Origin: Octopus sinensis
Taxonomy: Eukaryota
Assembly (NCBI RefSeq): GCF_006345805.1
Contig: NC_043012.1
Location: 3,968,001-4,032,000 of the forward strand
Direction: 5' to 3'
DNA: 64,000 nt
The translations under genes were made by a program, and so were the position numbers. Shown here piece by piece: positions 14,201-26,842 of this stretch; the stretch's first letter is position 1; each line of letters starts with the position of its first letter. Below the pieces are notes generated by a model. That model saw only the letters and a program-made list of their open reading frames with translations. It searched no databases and had not been told where the DNA came from.

Positions 14201-15101
14201 CTGTCATCATTGTCAGCATCAATTTTCTATTCAGTTACTCATACCAATAAATAGCTTTATTATGTATCACCGTTTTAAACATTAGCAACTTTTCATCATG
14301 TGCGTGACCATCTTCAATAGGGTTACATTAGTATTGATGCAGGAGAGAATTTAATGACGAGTATGGGTATAACTGAGGCAGGGGGTTGGGTGTGTGGGGG
14401 AGAAGCAGAAACAGTGATGAAAGAATAGCATCAAACAATCTGTGAATGAGGGAAGTGAGATCTGAGATCGATATTCAAATCTGAATAGTAAGAGGTGAGA
14501 TGTCATGCCCTCACAGGAACAGGCATAGCTGTGTGGTCAAGAAGTCCGCTTTCCATCCACAAGGTCTTGGTTCAGTTCCATGGTGTGGCACTTTGGGGAA
14601 GTGTTTTCTATTATAACCTCAGCCAACCAAAGGCTTGTAATTTGGAAGACAGAAATTGAAAGACTTTCCTTCACCTGAAGATGTAGCTTAAATTCCGCAT
14701 TATTTTGAAAGCTTTTTTGCATTTTGCCTTAACCCTTTCATTACTGTATTTATCTTAAGATGCTTTGTTTTTCTTTCAATTACTCTAAATATAACAAAGA
14801 ATTTAGTAAAATAACTCAGTTATCACTCAGCTAAGGTTAGGAACATAAATTGTGACTAAGATTTGGCGGAAGATTTTAATTCAAAAGTTATGAAAACAAG
14901 ACATTTGTACTCAGAGCCAGAGCCAGTTTCAGCCGGGTTGGTAATGAAAGGGTTAAAGCAGGCATGTAAGTCATTTATTTATTATTAAATATAACAATAA
15001 GAATTATTTACAAATTTTTAAGTTACAAAATAATTTGTCATGATATTTGAATTTTCTTATTGTTAAAATAAAATTTCATCAAACTATTTCTCTGTCATTT
15101 A

Positions 15102-15136
<35 letters not shown>

Positions 15137-15873
15137 GGTTGGCCAAAAGTCACCTGACTAACTCAAAACCCATTTAATTCTAAGATTAAAACAAAAAATT
15201 ATTTTATGTGAAACTTCACTAATAAATAGACAAATGTTGAAAAAACAGTGATTTTTAACTCACAGGATTTAATTATTAAGCATTTATAATTGGAATGAAT
15301 AGATAACATTGAATAATATTAAGTATTTATGGGATTTTGATTTACTGTCGGGTGATTTTTGGCCAACCCTGTATACTGTACTGCTCTGTGATGGTAAAAC
15401 CAACAAAAAAAGTGCTCCCTCTGTTGTGAGATAAATATTATTTAATAACCACAATATATATTTTTATGAGCTACTATTAGTTTCATGAGATGAAAAGAGC
15501 TCAGACAGTATCTTTTAACATGTTTGTGGGCATACATAGCCTGAGGATTGTGTGAAAGTACCAGATGTGTTAAAAAATGCTGTCTGAGTTGTCTTCATCA
15601 CATGAAACTAATTGTAGCTCATACAAATATATATTGTGTTAATTGAATAATATATCATCATCATCATCATTGTTTAACATCTGCCTTCCATGCTGTCATG
15701 GGTGGGATGGTTTGACAAGATTCGGTTAGGCAGAAGCCTACACCAGACATCTGTAACTGTTTTGACAGGATTTTTTACAGCTGGATGCCCTTCCAAATGC
15801 CAACCACTTTACAATGTGGACTGGGTGCTTTTAAGTGGCACTTGTACTGACAGGGTCACTAAGTACTTGCAAG

Positions 15874-15910
<37 letters not shown>

Positions 15911-17563
15911 AAAGAGGATTTGAAAATGCAGCGATCTTTTAAAGATGCTTATTGACTTGACCGGTTTCACTTTTTTAAAAAAAGATTTTTTAAAGTAAAA
16001 TGTAAGGCTTTGTGTAGCCTTTGTTATGTTAAAAAAATGGTTATTTCTAAAAATAGCAACCAACCCTGCAACACACATACAAGACTGGAGATGAAGGAAA
16101 AAAAGGTTGGTCATTCCCCTAAAATTCTGTATAAATACTTAAATATGATTTCTGATGAAGTTTTTGACTAAGCAATACATGCTTTCTCTTATCAAATGCT
16201 GTCTACAAATTCTTTCTGTATATATGCTTCTATACAATCATATTTTTTTATGAACTTATAAATAATTCTGAATTTATTTTACTACCTATTTTGAACACTT
16301 TTATGCAAACTGTTTAAACAAAAAGCCCCTCTTAACATTTTCTTATCATTGTCAAAGATTCTATTTCTTAAAATTTTCTTATCATTATCAAAGACTGTAT
16401 AACTGTATTTTAATACAACTATGATAACCGTTTTTTAACACAACAAAGGCTACACAAAGCCTTACATTTTACATTTGAAAATCTTTATTTAAAAAAGTGA
16501 AACTGGTCAAGTCAATAAACATCTTTAAAAGACCTCAGCATTTTCAAATCCTCTTCCCTATATATATTTTCACTCATGCGGTACCTTGTTTTCAGTCCTC
16601 CATAAAAACATGTTTGACTATGGGAAATATAACATTCCTTGGAAGCAGGAGAGGCATTCAGCCATAGAAAATCTCCCTCAACAAATTCTATCTGGCCCAT
16701 GAAAGCATGGAAAAATTGATATTGAATGATGATGCTGCTACTGCTGCTGATGATGATGAATGATGTTGCATATGAAAAATAATTAAGTAATTAATGTTAC
16801 ATATCTACAGTTGGAGATAACTCTTAGATGGATATTTCCTAAAAGTATACAACCTCACTATTTCCAATTTTTCTTATTTAACCATTTCGATACATGGAAC
16901 TGTCTCTGATTCTGGGATACAAAACTTCTTATAGAATAAAAAAAATTACTTTACTAAATTCCTCTGAAATTCTTGTTTATTCTTGCAATTGAAACAGAGG
17001 CAGAATATTTCATAAAAAATATGGTGCCTATGCTGGGTTAATGAATCTCTTCATAATTACTCAAAGTCAATGAAAACTTAATTAACCCTTTTGATATCAA
17101 CCTGCCTGACCACTCCTGTTCTATGAGAAAAACTTCCAGTGTTAAAGTGATTTAAATTAAAACCTTCCAACAAATTTTCATGTTATGTGCCAAACTAATT
17201 AAATAATAACAATGTTATTTCATTAAATTCTTAATTATTTTCAGAATCAATTGAAACAAAAGCAGAATATTTCAACAGAAATGTGGCAACAAAAAGGTTA
17301 ACATACTCTTTTTTTTCTTTTTGTCACGTTCAAATCCTTTGGTTTAGAAGGAAAGAAGAAATGGGATTTTGTCAGGTTTAGTTTTTCAAAGGGAAGTGGT
17401 TATAAAATTGAGACAAAGTTTACAATAATGTTGCAGAAGATGTAACTTCCTTAGCCTTTATTTTAAACACTAGCTGGGCACCGTGCTGTCAAAAATGATG
17501 GCTAATTGTAGTATTTTATATATAAATATAGATGGTAAATCAAATTAATACACTTGTAAATGT

Positions 17564-17607
<44 letters not shown>

Positions 17608-20600
17608 TGTGTACAGTGCTCAGGTGCACTACAACTCATCTAAAGTGTATATATAATCAGGTGTAGTTTCGGCGGATTTCGGAAAGCATGAGGGCCTTAA
17701 AAGATGCAGTGTCATGGCAGTCAACAACTGACGCAGGCAGTTTATTCCATGCTTCAGCAACTCTGAGCGTGAAAAAATGTTTCCGAAAGTCATGGGAGCT
17801 GTATTGTTTTCTGACTTTGTAGGCATGTCCACGTGTGTTAGACACATGGAGATCAAAAAGGTGTTCAGTGTTGTTGTTGGTGAGGTGGTTGATAACTTTG
17901 TGGGTGTTTACCAAGTCCGTCGCCAAACGCCGGAGCTTCAGTGAATCCATGCCCAGGGAAACAAGGCGCTCAGAATATGGTAGGTGTCTGATGGAGGGTA
18001 TGCGTTTGGTTGCACGTCTCTGGACAGATTCCAGGAGGTCAATGTTCTGTGCAAGATAGGGGTTCCAAACTGATGATGCGAATTCCAAGTGTGGTCGTAC
18101 CATAGCTGTATACAGTTTTAAATAGATGGCTGGAGAGCGGCTAACAAAAGACCTGCTGAGTGATGCCAAGACACCCTCGGCCTTCCTGACAATCTTAGAG
18201 ATATGCTTTGACCAACGCAAATCACTGCTGACAGTGATGCCTAGGTCACGCTCGCAAGAGGATTTCTTGATATCATTGTTGTGGAGGGAGTAAGTGAACG
18301 CAGGGTTTTATCTCCCAAAATGCATGGTGGTACACTTGTCCACAGCCAGTTTCAGTTGCCAGTCTGTGATCCATTGCTGCATTGTGTCTAGGTCTGATTG
18401 CAGGAAAGAGTTGTAGACATCAGGATCTGTCCTCTTGATTTCAAGGTACAGCTTGATGTCGTCTGCATATTTCAATACTGTGGCATTCTTTAAATTGGCA
18501 TCTATGTCGTTAATGTATGCCACAAACAAGAGGGGACCAAGGACAGATCCCTGTGGTACACCCGATGACATCTCATATGGTGTAGAGTGCTGTCCTAGAA
18601 CTGTGACTACCTCCTTTCGGCTGAGGATGAAGGATTTCAACCAGTTAAAAAGGTCATCCCCCACACCCATTGCAGAGAGTGGATGTCTTTTGGGATGTGA
18701 CATCGATCATCATTTGTTACTGAAAGAACACTGGTTCACACATACATTCACATACTTCCCTTGTACATGCACACACATACACACATTTACTCACAGAGTT
18801 GAAACGCTGTTTGATTTTTCTTTTCAGTGTTGAATGTTCACCATCCCACTTCCATTCTACACATACACGCACAAACAGACATTCACAGACCTCACTTTTA
18901 CATACACACACAGAGTTGAAACGCTGTTTGATTTTTCTTTTCAGCATTGAATGTTCACCATCCCACTTCCATTGCACACACTCACACATACACACACACA
19001 AACATTCACATATCTCCCTTTTACATACACACACAGAGTTGAAATGCTCCCACTACTAAGACTGCCATCACCTCTTCCTTTCTCATTCATATGTTGTGAC
19101 GGAGAAAAACACAAAAGTATTATTATAGTAGATTGCAATCATTTGGGCCCAGGATCAATCTCACTGAGCAACACCTTGGACAAATGTTTTCTACCATAGC
19201 CTAAAGTCAACAAAAGCCCTGTAAAATGTAATCGGGTCATCAAAAACTGAGCAGAAGTCTCTCAAATGGACTCTGCCAGTTCTGGGATAGTAGATTTAAT
19301 CCTTTAGCATTCAGATTATTCTGTTAAATAAAATGCTTATTTATTCGCATTGTTTTGAATTGATCATGTACTATTTCATAGCTTTGAGATTTCGATGACT
19401 TGATTGTTTATTTTTTAAATGATATTGTAGAGTAGGTATGAGAGACCTGATCTGGCTGGTTTGAACAAAAAAACAGATAGAGTATTTTGGCTGGATATGG
19501 ATGGTTTAAATGCTAAAGGGTTAATGTGTCTTCTAATTTAACACTATACCACCTGCTCCTTTAAAGTGTCTTTAGCAGAGTTGACTCAGTTACAGACATT
19601 CTGTCCGGGTCTTGGTTTGTTTCTACCACGAAATCTCTGCAACTCTATAAAAATTAAAATGGTGACTGCTCCTCCTACTCCAAACCCATAAAAAAAGAGA
19701 TTCCAATAGTTTGGTAGTTTAGTAGTTCATGGCATTCTCTATCTTCTGCCATTTGCAGATAACTGAGGCAGAAAATACTATCTTAGCTAGGCTCCAGCAA
19801 GGGAGATGAAAAAGATTTAATAGGGGCTCAATGAAACAACAAACTAATTTACTAGTTTTTCCAGCTAGTTAATTCTCCACCAATAAGGAGCTTCTACAAG
19901 AATGCTTGACCTGCAAGAAATCATAGTCAAATCTCCCTCATATTACAGCCTACAATCTGAGATGATGAAGGATAATGAAATTCCTATGAAAAAGGATGGA
20001 ATGATCACTACTGGAATGTCTTTGGCTATGTCTGCTTGATCAAGATTAACCAACAACAACGCACACTCTCTCTCATCTCATCCCTTATCTGCTCCACTGC
20101 CAGGTGTGTAGGTTAACTGAAGACTTCTGTACTTTACTGAAGTAATAACACATGACCAATAAATGGATCAGCACCATCTCCACACAGTCACTGAAATTCC
20201 TCAAAGCTATTGAAAACTTTGTATAGTTGGTTCTGTAAAGTTATTCTGGTTTTTCAAAGCTCGCTAGTGTACATTTTCTCTGTGATTCATCACTACTTCA
20301 GGAAGTATGTTAACAATGACTTATATATTTTTTGCTATGGATGGTGACAATAAGACTAAAACAGGTTTGGAGTTAACTCTCATATTTGTAGAGACACTCC
20401 AAACAATATTAACTTACAACCAACATGTTTTTTTTTGTTTCTCTTTTTTAACTCTAAACAATTTAATTATTCCTAATTCACATATTTTATTCAGAGAGCA
20501 TTCAATAGCTAACACAAACTTAATTATGAAAAAAAAAGAAAAAAAAGAAAAAAAAAAAAAATCCGTTCCCTCACCTTTGTTTCTGGTTCTAATTTGAGTG

Positions 20601-22341
20601 CTTTCTTCATCTGTGCAATAGCCTCTTTTGTTTCACCTTCTGCAGCATAAGCCTAGAAGAAAGAATGACAATTAAGCATAGACAAGAAATCACAGTAGTC
20701 AAACTGGTCAACAAGAGCCAACACTATATCCTCTGTCATCTCTGTTATTCAACATTAAATTTCTGAAACTACTATCATAGTCTACAATCAGCTTGAGTCT
20801 AATTTTAGGTTCTCTCTTTTAAATGGGTGAACTTTCTGACATTAAACCACCTGTGACTGTTCCAGGTTCTATGATACAAAATTCTCTACTTTAAAGTATT
20901 TCTACATAAATTATAGTATTCATCATTAATAATTACAAATTTAATTATTTCACAAAATCACTCCAAATTCTTGATTACTTTTAAAAATTAATTGAAGCTT
21001 AGTGTTATTCATGAAAAATATGTTCATGAAATGACTAAAGAAAAGTAGAATAAATAATCTTACCCCAAACCTAAAATGTTGATGAGGCCACACCCACATA
21101 ATACTTCTGATATAAACTCACAGGGAGGTATCACCTTCCCTATTTAACTATGATAACTCTTAAGAACTACTCTATAACAACAGGATGGATGCATCATGGA
21201 TATCTGCTGGATTTGCAATGTACAATAAAGATGCAGAGAAATAATTTCAGCTTTGGTTGAACAAGTTTTTGCTGAATGTGAAATAGACACAATAAGAAAA
21301 AGCTAAGTGAACCGGGGGCCTGGCTCACTGTGGATGGTGATATATCAAATGTCAGATCAATATTGCATTAAATTATCTTGTTCATGGTAAAAGTAGGGTA
21401 TTAAATCTGCAGCCATCCTAAATTTTGATTGCAAACTATTTTGGAGAAAAATTGTTCTGGATTCTAAGTCTGAGTGTGATAATTCCACAGACTAGCAATA
21501 CAAAATGTTGTAGGATAGCATATTAAGCTTTGAAATTACCCATGCTAGCATGGAAGGCGACGACAACGATGAATTTAGTAAAATAACTTTCTTAGTATTA
21601 AGCAGGTGTTTGGAACAAAAAGCTAACATGAAATTTTGACAAAAAGTTTTCAGTTAGATCAATTTTAAACAAGGAGTTTGTATCACAGAACCAGAGACAA
21701 TCTTGAGAAGGTTGGTATCAAAAGAATTAACTGTAACCAAGTCATTTTTTTTTTTATTATTTGCCAAATCTACATTCACCCAATATAAGAGTCTGCAATA
21801 ATTCAAACTTAACATTAATGGCACTGAAAGTAAATGGGATTATGGACACTGTGCTACTTAGATTAATGAAGACAAAAAAAACATAATAGCTGCTGTGCTT
21901 TGACTTCATTTTAACAGCTTAATCACTGGCATTTTGTTAATCTGAGATGTAGTAAGTACAAGTTAGATTACTGATTGTTAAGGTTATGAGGTCATCATTA
22001 GCTAAGCAGTCATCATTATCTTGTGCAGTGCTAGATTACTCAACTCACTTGATTAAAAAACAGATTCTTCATGCTTGATTGGTTATTAGCAGGAAGGACA
22101 TCAAATAAAAAAGAAAAGTCGAAAATACATACGTCTAAATTTGTAAAACAGTCAAACCCAGCGTACTTGAGTGTAAGAGAGGTTTTAGCAAATAGGAATG
22201 AATTAAAAGGAATTTAAACTACATGGTTTTGGGTTCAGTCCCACTGTGTGGCACCTTGGGCAAGTGTCTTCTACTGCAGTCTCAAGCTGACCAATAACTT
22301 GTGAGTGGATTCAGTAGACAGAGACTGTGTGGAAGCCTGTC

Positions 22342-22372
<31 letters not shown>

Positions 22373-25300
22373 TCTGCCTTTGTGTTTATATTTGTGTCTC
22401 TACCACTTCACAATCAGTGTTTGCTAGTCAATGTCCTTGTAACTTAGCTGTTCAGTAAATGAGACTGATATAGCAAGTGCCAGACTTAAAAAAAAAAAAA
22501 AAGTACTGGGGTCGATTTGCTCAACTAAAAACTTCAAGGCAGCGCCCCAGCATGGCCACAGTCCAATAACTGGAACAAATAAACGAAATAAAAAAATAAA
22601 GTAGTCATTCCTATTGTATACTTACTCTTCCCATTCTAAACAGGGCTTTGACATTATTTGGGTCATGTTTTAACACTTCTTCACAAGATTTGATAGCTTC
22701 ACAGTATCTTTCAATCTACAAAAACAGAAGAAAGACATTTTGATGTTTATTAAAGGATAAAAAGATAAAATAGACTCCGAGACAATCATCACAATCTCGC
22801 CAAAACCTACTGCATTTCACATGGAATTTTTGGTCCTTCAAAGTCATTTTGGTACATATAGGGTAAAAAATCCCCTTTGGTCATGAATGACCATGGAATT
22901 ACACCGACAAAGTTACCTTCCAAGGCACAAGTCTGGGCAAGGTTGTTTATGGAAGACTAGCAGCTGCCCATGCATACCAGCCTCCCCTCTCCACACCACC
23001 AATGTCATCCACGGGAAAGGCAAAGGCTGGTACAGGTTGGCACCGGTGATGTTGCAACTCATTTCTACAGCTGAGTGAACTGGAGTAATGTGAAATAAAG
23101 TGTCTTGCTCAAGAACACAACTCAGCCTGGTTCAGGAATCAAACTCACTACCTCATGATTGTGAGTCTGATGCTCTAACCACTGAGCCATGTGCCTTCAT
23201 GGAGTGTATGTATGTATGTATGCATGTATGTACATATGTATACATACAGAGAAAAAGAGAGCCATCTTTTGTGGTGGGTGGGGTGTAAATTTTTGTCTGA
23301 AAAATTCAACTTGTATACAGGAAAGTTCAGTAAGGGAAATAAATTGTATGGAAAATCAATACAACAATTTACACAAACAATTCACCAATATTGTTATTTT
23401 GAGACCAATGCTGATTGGTAATTACAATACCTTGCTCCCACATACACCCTACAACCACTAGATTACACTAAACCAACAAGAGACCCTCCACATGGTCACT
23501 TGATTTGTTAGAAATAGCAGCCAAATCTCCCTCAAATTACACACACCCTACTGGTTTAAAAGGACACAGTATCTCTTAAAGACAGACAGGATGGGCATGG
23601 TTGGTTGATTTACCAATTTAAATCGAAACACAAATTTTTTCCACTGAGTTATCTCCTCCTTTACATTCATTTCCCCACTCCCTAATTAACAAGATGGCAC
23701 TCCAGTATGGCCACAGTTAATTGACTGAAGCTAATAAAAAAGTACTAGTATCACTGTCACTGAAAGTGTGTGGCCCAGTGATTAGGGTATTAGTCTCATG
23801 ACAGTGAAGTTGTGAGTTCAGTTCTGGGACTGGGCAGTGCATCATTTCCTTGAGCAAGGCACTTCATTTTACATTGTACAAATCCACTCAGGTGAAAATG
23901 ACCACTAGCATCAGGGGGTTAACTTGTCCAGAGAGAGCCTTTAAGAGCAAGAGTGGTAATCATCCAATATGTATTTCATTACAAAAAGGCTATTAGGATA
24001 GCCCAAGTTGTCCCTTTGTCCTCCTCCACACACACACAAACTGCTGCTAATCCCCGCAACTACTTGACTACATTCCACCATCAACTGAACCAAACTAGCA
24101 TTCCTCATACCCTTCCACCCTTACTTCCAAAATCACTCGACTCTTTGCAGTAAATATTCACTTTCCACACAAGACACAGATGGTTCTCTAGGTAGTAAGA
24201 ATGCAACCAGAAGGGCATCCAGCTCCAATCCATGCCAGCATGGAAAGCAGATGGTAAATGATGATGATGTTATATAACACATACACACACATATACAGAT
24301 TGTTTTAATTATAATTATGTAAAAAAAAGTAACTGTTATATATATATGACCACCAGACAGAAGATAAACTGTTTTTACTTCAAATTTTTATAAATTTTTA
24401 CTGTTATTTCATAAGATGAAATATATTGAAACCGGTAATATTTTTATTCATATAATCTTTTATTAAATTCCCTCTTAAATTGAAAGGTCTTAGACTTACT
24501 TCTGTGCTATTTCTACCTCCATCTTTTATATATATATATAAGGTGATTAGAATTGTATGGATAATAACGTACTAAATTCTGGTGTCTCAACTGAGGTACC
24601 ATAATCATATAATCATATATCATCATCATCATTGTTTAACGTCCATTTTCCATGCTAGCATGGGTTGAACAGTTCGACCGGGTCTGGGAAGCCAGGAGGC
24701 TGCACCAGGCTCCAGTCTGATCTGGCAGTGTTTCTACAGTTGGAAACCCTTCCTAACCCCAACCACTCTGTGAGTGTAGAGGGTGCTTTTTACGTGCCAC
24801 CAGCACAGGGGCCAGAGGCGGCTGGCAATGGCCACAATTGGATGGTGCTTTTTACGTACCACCGGCACAGGTATCACAACTACAATTTCCATTTGATTTT
24901 TATGTTGATGTACTTGACTCAATAGGTCTCCTCAAGCACAGCAGGTCACCCTACGATCCAAGGTAAGCACAGCAGGCTGCCCTGCGAGCTGTGAACTCAC
25001 TTCATTTGTCGGGTCTTCGCAGTCACAGAATATCCCCAGAGGTCTCGGTCTTTTGTCATTGCCTCTGTGAGGCCCAACGTTCGATGGTCATGCCTGAGCA
25101 CCTCATTCCATGTCTTCCTGGGTCTACCTCTATCCCAGATTCCTTCAACTGTTTAAGAGTGGCACTTCTTCACACATCGCTCCTCATTCATCAGTAGTAC
25201 ATGACCATACCAATATATATATATATTTATATATATATATACAGAAGACCCACCAGGACAAGTGAGACCATAACCCATGGCCTCTACCTGGGACGTAGCC

Positions 25301-26800
25301 AGCCCACTTATGCATACCTTTCCTTCTTGTGACACAAACCCTACTTATGAAGACCTGTTGAGGCAAGTGAAAATGAAAAAATGAAAATCAAAATCAAAAT
25401 CGATCAACATCAATGGAAATTGTAGCTGTGATACCAGTGCCAATGGCACGTAAGAGAACCATCCGAATGTGGCCGTTGCCAGCACCGCCCTGACTGGCCT
25501 CCGTGCCGGTGGCACATAAAATGCACCATCCGATTGTGGCCGTTGCCAGCCTTGACTGGCCCCCATGCCGGTGGCACGTAAAAAGCACCATCCGATCGTA
25601 GCCGTTTGTCAGCCTCGACTGGCCCCCGTGCCGGTGGCACGTAAAAAGCACCATCCAACCATGGCCGTTTGTCAGCCTCGTCTGGCACCTGTGCAGGTGG
25701 CACGTAAAAAGCACCCACTACACACATGGAGTGGTTGGCGTTAGGAAGGGCATCCAGCCATAGAAACATTGCCATCAGACTGGGCCTGGCGCAGCCTTCT
25801 GGCTTCCCAGACCCCAGTTGAACCGTCCAACCCATGCTAGCATGGAAAACGGACGTTAAACGATGATGATGATGATACACAGACACACACACTGTCTTAA
25901 TTATAATTATGTAAAAAAAGTAACTGTATTTTTGGATATACTATATTTTCCATACTAATATATGTATGTGTGTGTGTATTAAGACGGTCAGCTGGCCAAA
26001 TTGTTAGCATGCCAAACAAAATGCTTAGCAGTGTGTTGTCTATCTTCATGTTCTGAATTCAAATTCTTCCAAGGTCAACTGAGCCTTTCATCTTTTGGGG
26101 TCTATAAAATAAGTACCAGTTGAATACTGAGGTCGATGTTATTGACTTAACTCCTCTCTGTATTTGGCCGGCCTTGTGGCAAAATTCAAAGCCAATATAT
26201 GTGTATGTATGTAAATATGTGTATGTATGTAAACATGTGTATTAGTATTTCTATATATGTATATGTGTGTGTGTGTATGCATATATGTATGTATGTATAT
26301 TTCCTACATTTTATATTTTCATGAAGAAATCAACATTTTCTTCCTTCTCGAAATAAAATGGAAACCTGATAGGTTGGTTTAGTCTGCTTAAAGGGATACA
26401 AACATGATCATGGTAACATTAAAAAAAAAAAGAATGACCATATCAACAATGAGATAACGAAGCAGACCAGAGCAGCATCATGAAAATGACCATAGTAACA
26501 TTGCAACATTAAAAAAAGTAACCATGACAACAGTAACAAAACAGATATAAATAGAACAAATGTTGGAAATACTAAAGAAGTTATATTTACCTTTATTTGA
26601 GCAGCTGCCAAGTTGTTAAAACATTTAATTTTTTCCCCAGGAATCTGGTCTGATTTCTCCGTTATATCCAAATTATCCTCTTGATCAATAATACTAATGG
26701 CCCTGTTTCAGAGATAACAATAATACATGTGTAAGAAATATGTCGCTGCTGTAGAGTAGGGAGGTGTGGTGGTCACTGAATGAGGAAACATTTGAAGAAG

Positions 26801-26842
<42 letters not shown>

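Noticed and set aside
25430-25720. CRISPR-like repeat/spacer appearance
   Set aside because: The linkers are homologous to one another, the array sits in a retroposon 3'UTR, the context is eukaryotic, and there are no cas genes.
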